From Rotaria socialis (Eukaryota): DNA of 35,980 nucleotides. The position numbers and the translations under genes are program-made. Numbering within the stretch: the stretch's first letter is position 1; every line of letters starts with the position of its first letter. The notes beneath the pieces are model-generated. The model did not search any database, was not told the DNA's origin, and saw only the letters and a program-made list of their open reading frames with translations. Shown here piece after piece: positions 32,538 to 35,980 of this stretch. Location: assembly GCA_905331295.1 (NCBI GenBank), contig CAJNYD010000112.1, positions 1-35,980 of the forward strand. Direction: 5' to 3'.

Positions 32538-34101
32538 TTTCTGATAGTAACAAATACCGAATTTTTTTTAGAGTGTGCATTCATTACAGAGCAATCGAAT
32601 TATCGACCAAGTAAAATCAGACGATAAGCAACATTATTGGGATTGAAATTTATAATAAGTTTATAATCAAAGATTCAAATAGCAGCTATTAAATACAAAA
32701 ACAGATATTATTTTCATACATTTGCTAAAAACCTAATCTCTTCCTTTTTTGTTTTTTTTCTTCAACATCAAAGCAATTGTGAAATATTCTCGATTGCAAC
32801 GTTCAAACACATTACATTCGTGTCATATGCTTCTAATTTTTTCTCTCGTTGTGCATTGGTTATTTATAAAACGCAATATCAAATTAATATATTTTTTTCT
32901 TTTCGTTGACGATGAAAGATGTGATTCCCACAATTGAGATCAAATATATCTTATTGCTGTACTTGGATGACGCATTGCATCTATTCAGCATATATTTTTT
33001 TCTATTCTCGTATGCTAAGTAATGCAAACATACGGGAAAAGACAAATCGTTGGTATGATCAAATATGAAATTGATAAATCAACAACAGTCGGCGGTGCGG
33101 ATTATTACTGCTGTTTCTTATCTGTTATTTTGATCAATATGTATCTTTATGTTCATGCGCTTCGCCTACTGAGTGCGTAAACATGAATACTCCTAATATT
33201 CAATGCCGAAAAAACAACAAATAATTGTAATGTTCATTCAAGTGTTCATGAACATGTCTATACACACATATATTCATTTGGCTCGATCATTACGCTGGTT
33301 TCCGAGAATCGAACAAGCTGCCACTGCGTAAATCTCCTCAAGAAAAAAATATTTTTATGTGTTATGTCAACTTTTTGAATATAAGTGTACTATATAATAT
33401 GCAAAGTTTCAAATCTATTAGTTTCTCTCAGAGTCGTCATGTTGCAGAATTCAATTTTTATATAAAACTATAAGCACTTAGTTGTCATCATTCCGTTAGT
33501 CTAGGGCCCAGTGAATCGACTTTCGATGTCGATGAACCTTACTTGTATTTTTATTTACCTGTTTATCTATCTTGTGGATTTATTCTCTGAAACGAATACA
33601 AAAATAAATTTGTAAAAATCGGAATGAACGGAATATTGATATTTATTTTATTTAAATTGATAAATAACTAATTATGTTTTCTTGCGTATTGTAATAGGAA
33701 TATACTATTGTATATTGGATTCTTAAATTTCTGCAAGTATCTCTCGTAAAGAACGTATTGTGAAATATTTTCTTTCGGGTTCATTAGTTTATCTAACCAA
33801 TCAAATATAATGTATAATTCATAGTTAATTAATTTCTTCATGAAATTAGATTTATTATAAATGATTGTCTTTCGATAAATTGCAATTCAGTTTGAAATAA
33901 TTGAAACATGTCAATTCCTTTATTACTTCGATTTGATCTTGTACGAAGCAGTATTGTTTGAAAAATGAAATTATAACAAGAAAAGAGAGACATCTTTTAT
34001 TTATTATGATAATTTGTTGACGAAATCACATTTTAAAAGCAAAGAAAAGGGCTCGCGAATCTTATCGGAAGTTTTATCTATTTTGAAATTCTTCTCATAA
34101 A

Positions 34102-35980
34102 ATGACATCTTCATCTAATGAAAATATTCATCAAAAAATTCGTTATGAATTTCCATATGACGTAAAGAAATTAACAGAGATCTCAATTCCGGTTGATAAA
34201 AATATTAAATTAGCAGCAACGATATGGATGCCTCAAAGTGAAAAAAAAGAAAATTATTTTTTAATCTTGTTTTTTAACATTCAAGGTTTTCATAGATAAG
34301 AATGTTCAATTAATAAATGAAGAAACATTTGCAACAATTCTAGAATATATACCATATAGAAAAGCAGATTGGACGTTAGGTTTTTTTTTGTTAGTTAATT
34401 TTAATTATGTTATTTTATTTGTTCATAGATCACCAAGAGATGAAATTCGATTGAAATATTTTTCAGGATTTGGCTATGTTTCACTCCGAGTTGATATTCG
34501 AGGAACTGGAAATTCACAAGGTTTCTATTTTATACGATTTTTTTCTTGGTAAAAATTTTTTTTTTCATTTGAAAAAACGAAAGGAATATTTGATGATGAA
34601 TATTCTGAACAAGAATTATCCGATGGATTAAAAATTCTCGATTGGATACAAAATCAAACATGGTCAAATGGAAAAGTAATTCAAATATTTAGTTTTATTT
34701 TATTTATTAAATTTAGAAAAAAAAAGACTATTATCTATGGAAAATCTTGGGCTGGTTTCAATGGTTTACAAATAGGTTATCTTCAACCCAAAGTTAGTCA
34801 TTTCAATTTTTCAATATATAAAAGAAACTTCGTATGAATTTTAATTAGAATTTATCTGGAATTATTTCAGCTTATTCAACAGATGATCGTTATAATAATG
34901 ATATTCATTATTATGGAGGATGCTTAGCAGCACAAGAAGGTTTTTCATTATTGAAAATTAAAATTCTTTATTGATATCTATTTAGCTTTATCATGGTCAA
35001 CTCAAATGTTAATTTGGTTATCTGTTCCTCCACATCCATTGTATCAAGGAGGAATCGATAAAGACTTCGATTTATTCAATATTTGGAAAGAACGATTACA
35101 TAACTTGATGCCTTTAGATTTTTATTGGATAAAACATCAAAATCGGTTTTGTTTAAAAAAAAAGCGAACAAAAATAAAATGTTTTAATTTGACAAAAATT
35201 TTCTTTAGAAATGAATATTGGCGTCACGGAAGTGTTTGTGAAGATTATTCGAAAATTTTATGTCCTGTTTTATTAATTGGCGGATTTGCTGATCTTTATA
35301 ATTCATCGATATTTCGTTTAATGAATAAATTAAAATGTGAAAAAAGATCAATATTAGGTCCATGGGGTCATCAATGGCCGTTAGTTTATTTATTTATAAT
35401 ATTTAAGTGAATTGAATTTTATTTTATTTCTAGCGATGATGCCTATCCAGGGCCGAACATTGGATTTTTACAAGAAATAGTTCAATGGCTTGATTATCAT
35501 ATTAAAAAGATAAATGATGATTATAAAAATAAAGAATCATTCTCAATATTTAAATTAAAGCCAAATATTGATGAACTTCATTCTACTTTAAAAGAAAGAA
35601 AAGGAAATTGGATTCATTTCAATTCACTTCCATTTTATCCAAATGAACATTTTCAACGAAATCATTTATTGATCGATAAGAATCAAGAAGTCAATCAAAA
35701 AACAATAAAATATTATTTATCTTTTCAATCGTTAACAACTGAAATCATTTCAAATGATTCACTTCCGAAAAAAATTTCATTTTTGTCTCCCCAAGAAACA
35801 GGTTTAGCAAGTGGAAATTTACTTGGATGGGGAAATATTCAAAGTCCAGATCATTCAACAGATCAACGAGAAGATGATGGAAGATCTTTATGCTTTGATT
35901 CTCTTCCTTTAGACGAAAATTATGGTTACGAATATTTTATAAGAAAAATTTCAAAAATATGAATTCATTTTATTTTTCTT
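34102..35980 (+). CDS. CocE/NonD family hydrolase (peptidase S15 / X-Pro dipeptidyl-peptidase-like), 3' end outside the window
   Basis: Exons 34102-34237, 34296-34374, 34429-34520, 34584-34675, 34727-34792, 34849-34939, 34986-35145, 35209-35379 and 35434-35924, all GT-AG and in phase. Motifs ILEYIPYRK, RVDIRGTGNSQG, WSNGK, YGKSWAG (nucleophile Ser), STDDRYNNDIHYYGG, GGFADLY, GPWGHQWP, DQREDDGRSLCFDS. Confidence 0.9.

Overview
This is AT-rich eukaryotic DNA with short GT-AG introns, most likely from a bdelloid rotifer. That assignment is inferred from the gene families, the intron style and the TGTGGG repeats. The window is a transposon-dense accessory region. Genes, read by hand-splicing: (1) the 3' exons of a prolyl 4-hydroxylase alpha subunit with a premature stop; (2) a two-exon gene in which a RING-finger exon splices in frame onto a 5.16-kb exon encoding a very large inducible GTPase (VLIG/GVIN-like), about 1818 aa in total; (3) a two-exon secreted CS-alpha-beta defensin-like peptide that the ORF track misses; (4) a disrupted AtaL/DUF1857-like START-fold gene; (5) a decayed hAT transposase; (6) an ADP-ribosyltransferase-TPR gene; (7) an intron-rich CocE/NonD hydrolase of probable bacterial origin that runs off the right edge. 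Non-coding DNA holds several non-autonomous DNA transposons with readable TIRs and TSDs (including a three-level nest), a solo LTR, and about ten dispersed head-to-head telomere-like hairpins (GGGTGT...ACACCC). The best candidates for new biology are the RING-VLIG fusion, the hidden defensin, their clustering with the ART-TPR gene as a possible innate-defence locus, and the telomeric-hairpin repeat family. No searches were run, so family calls rest on motif recognition.
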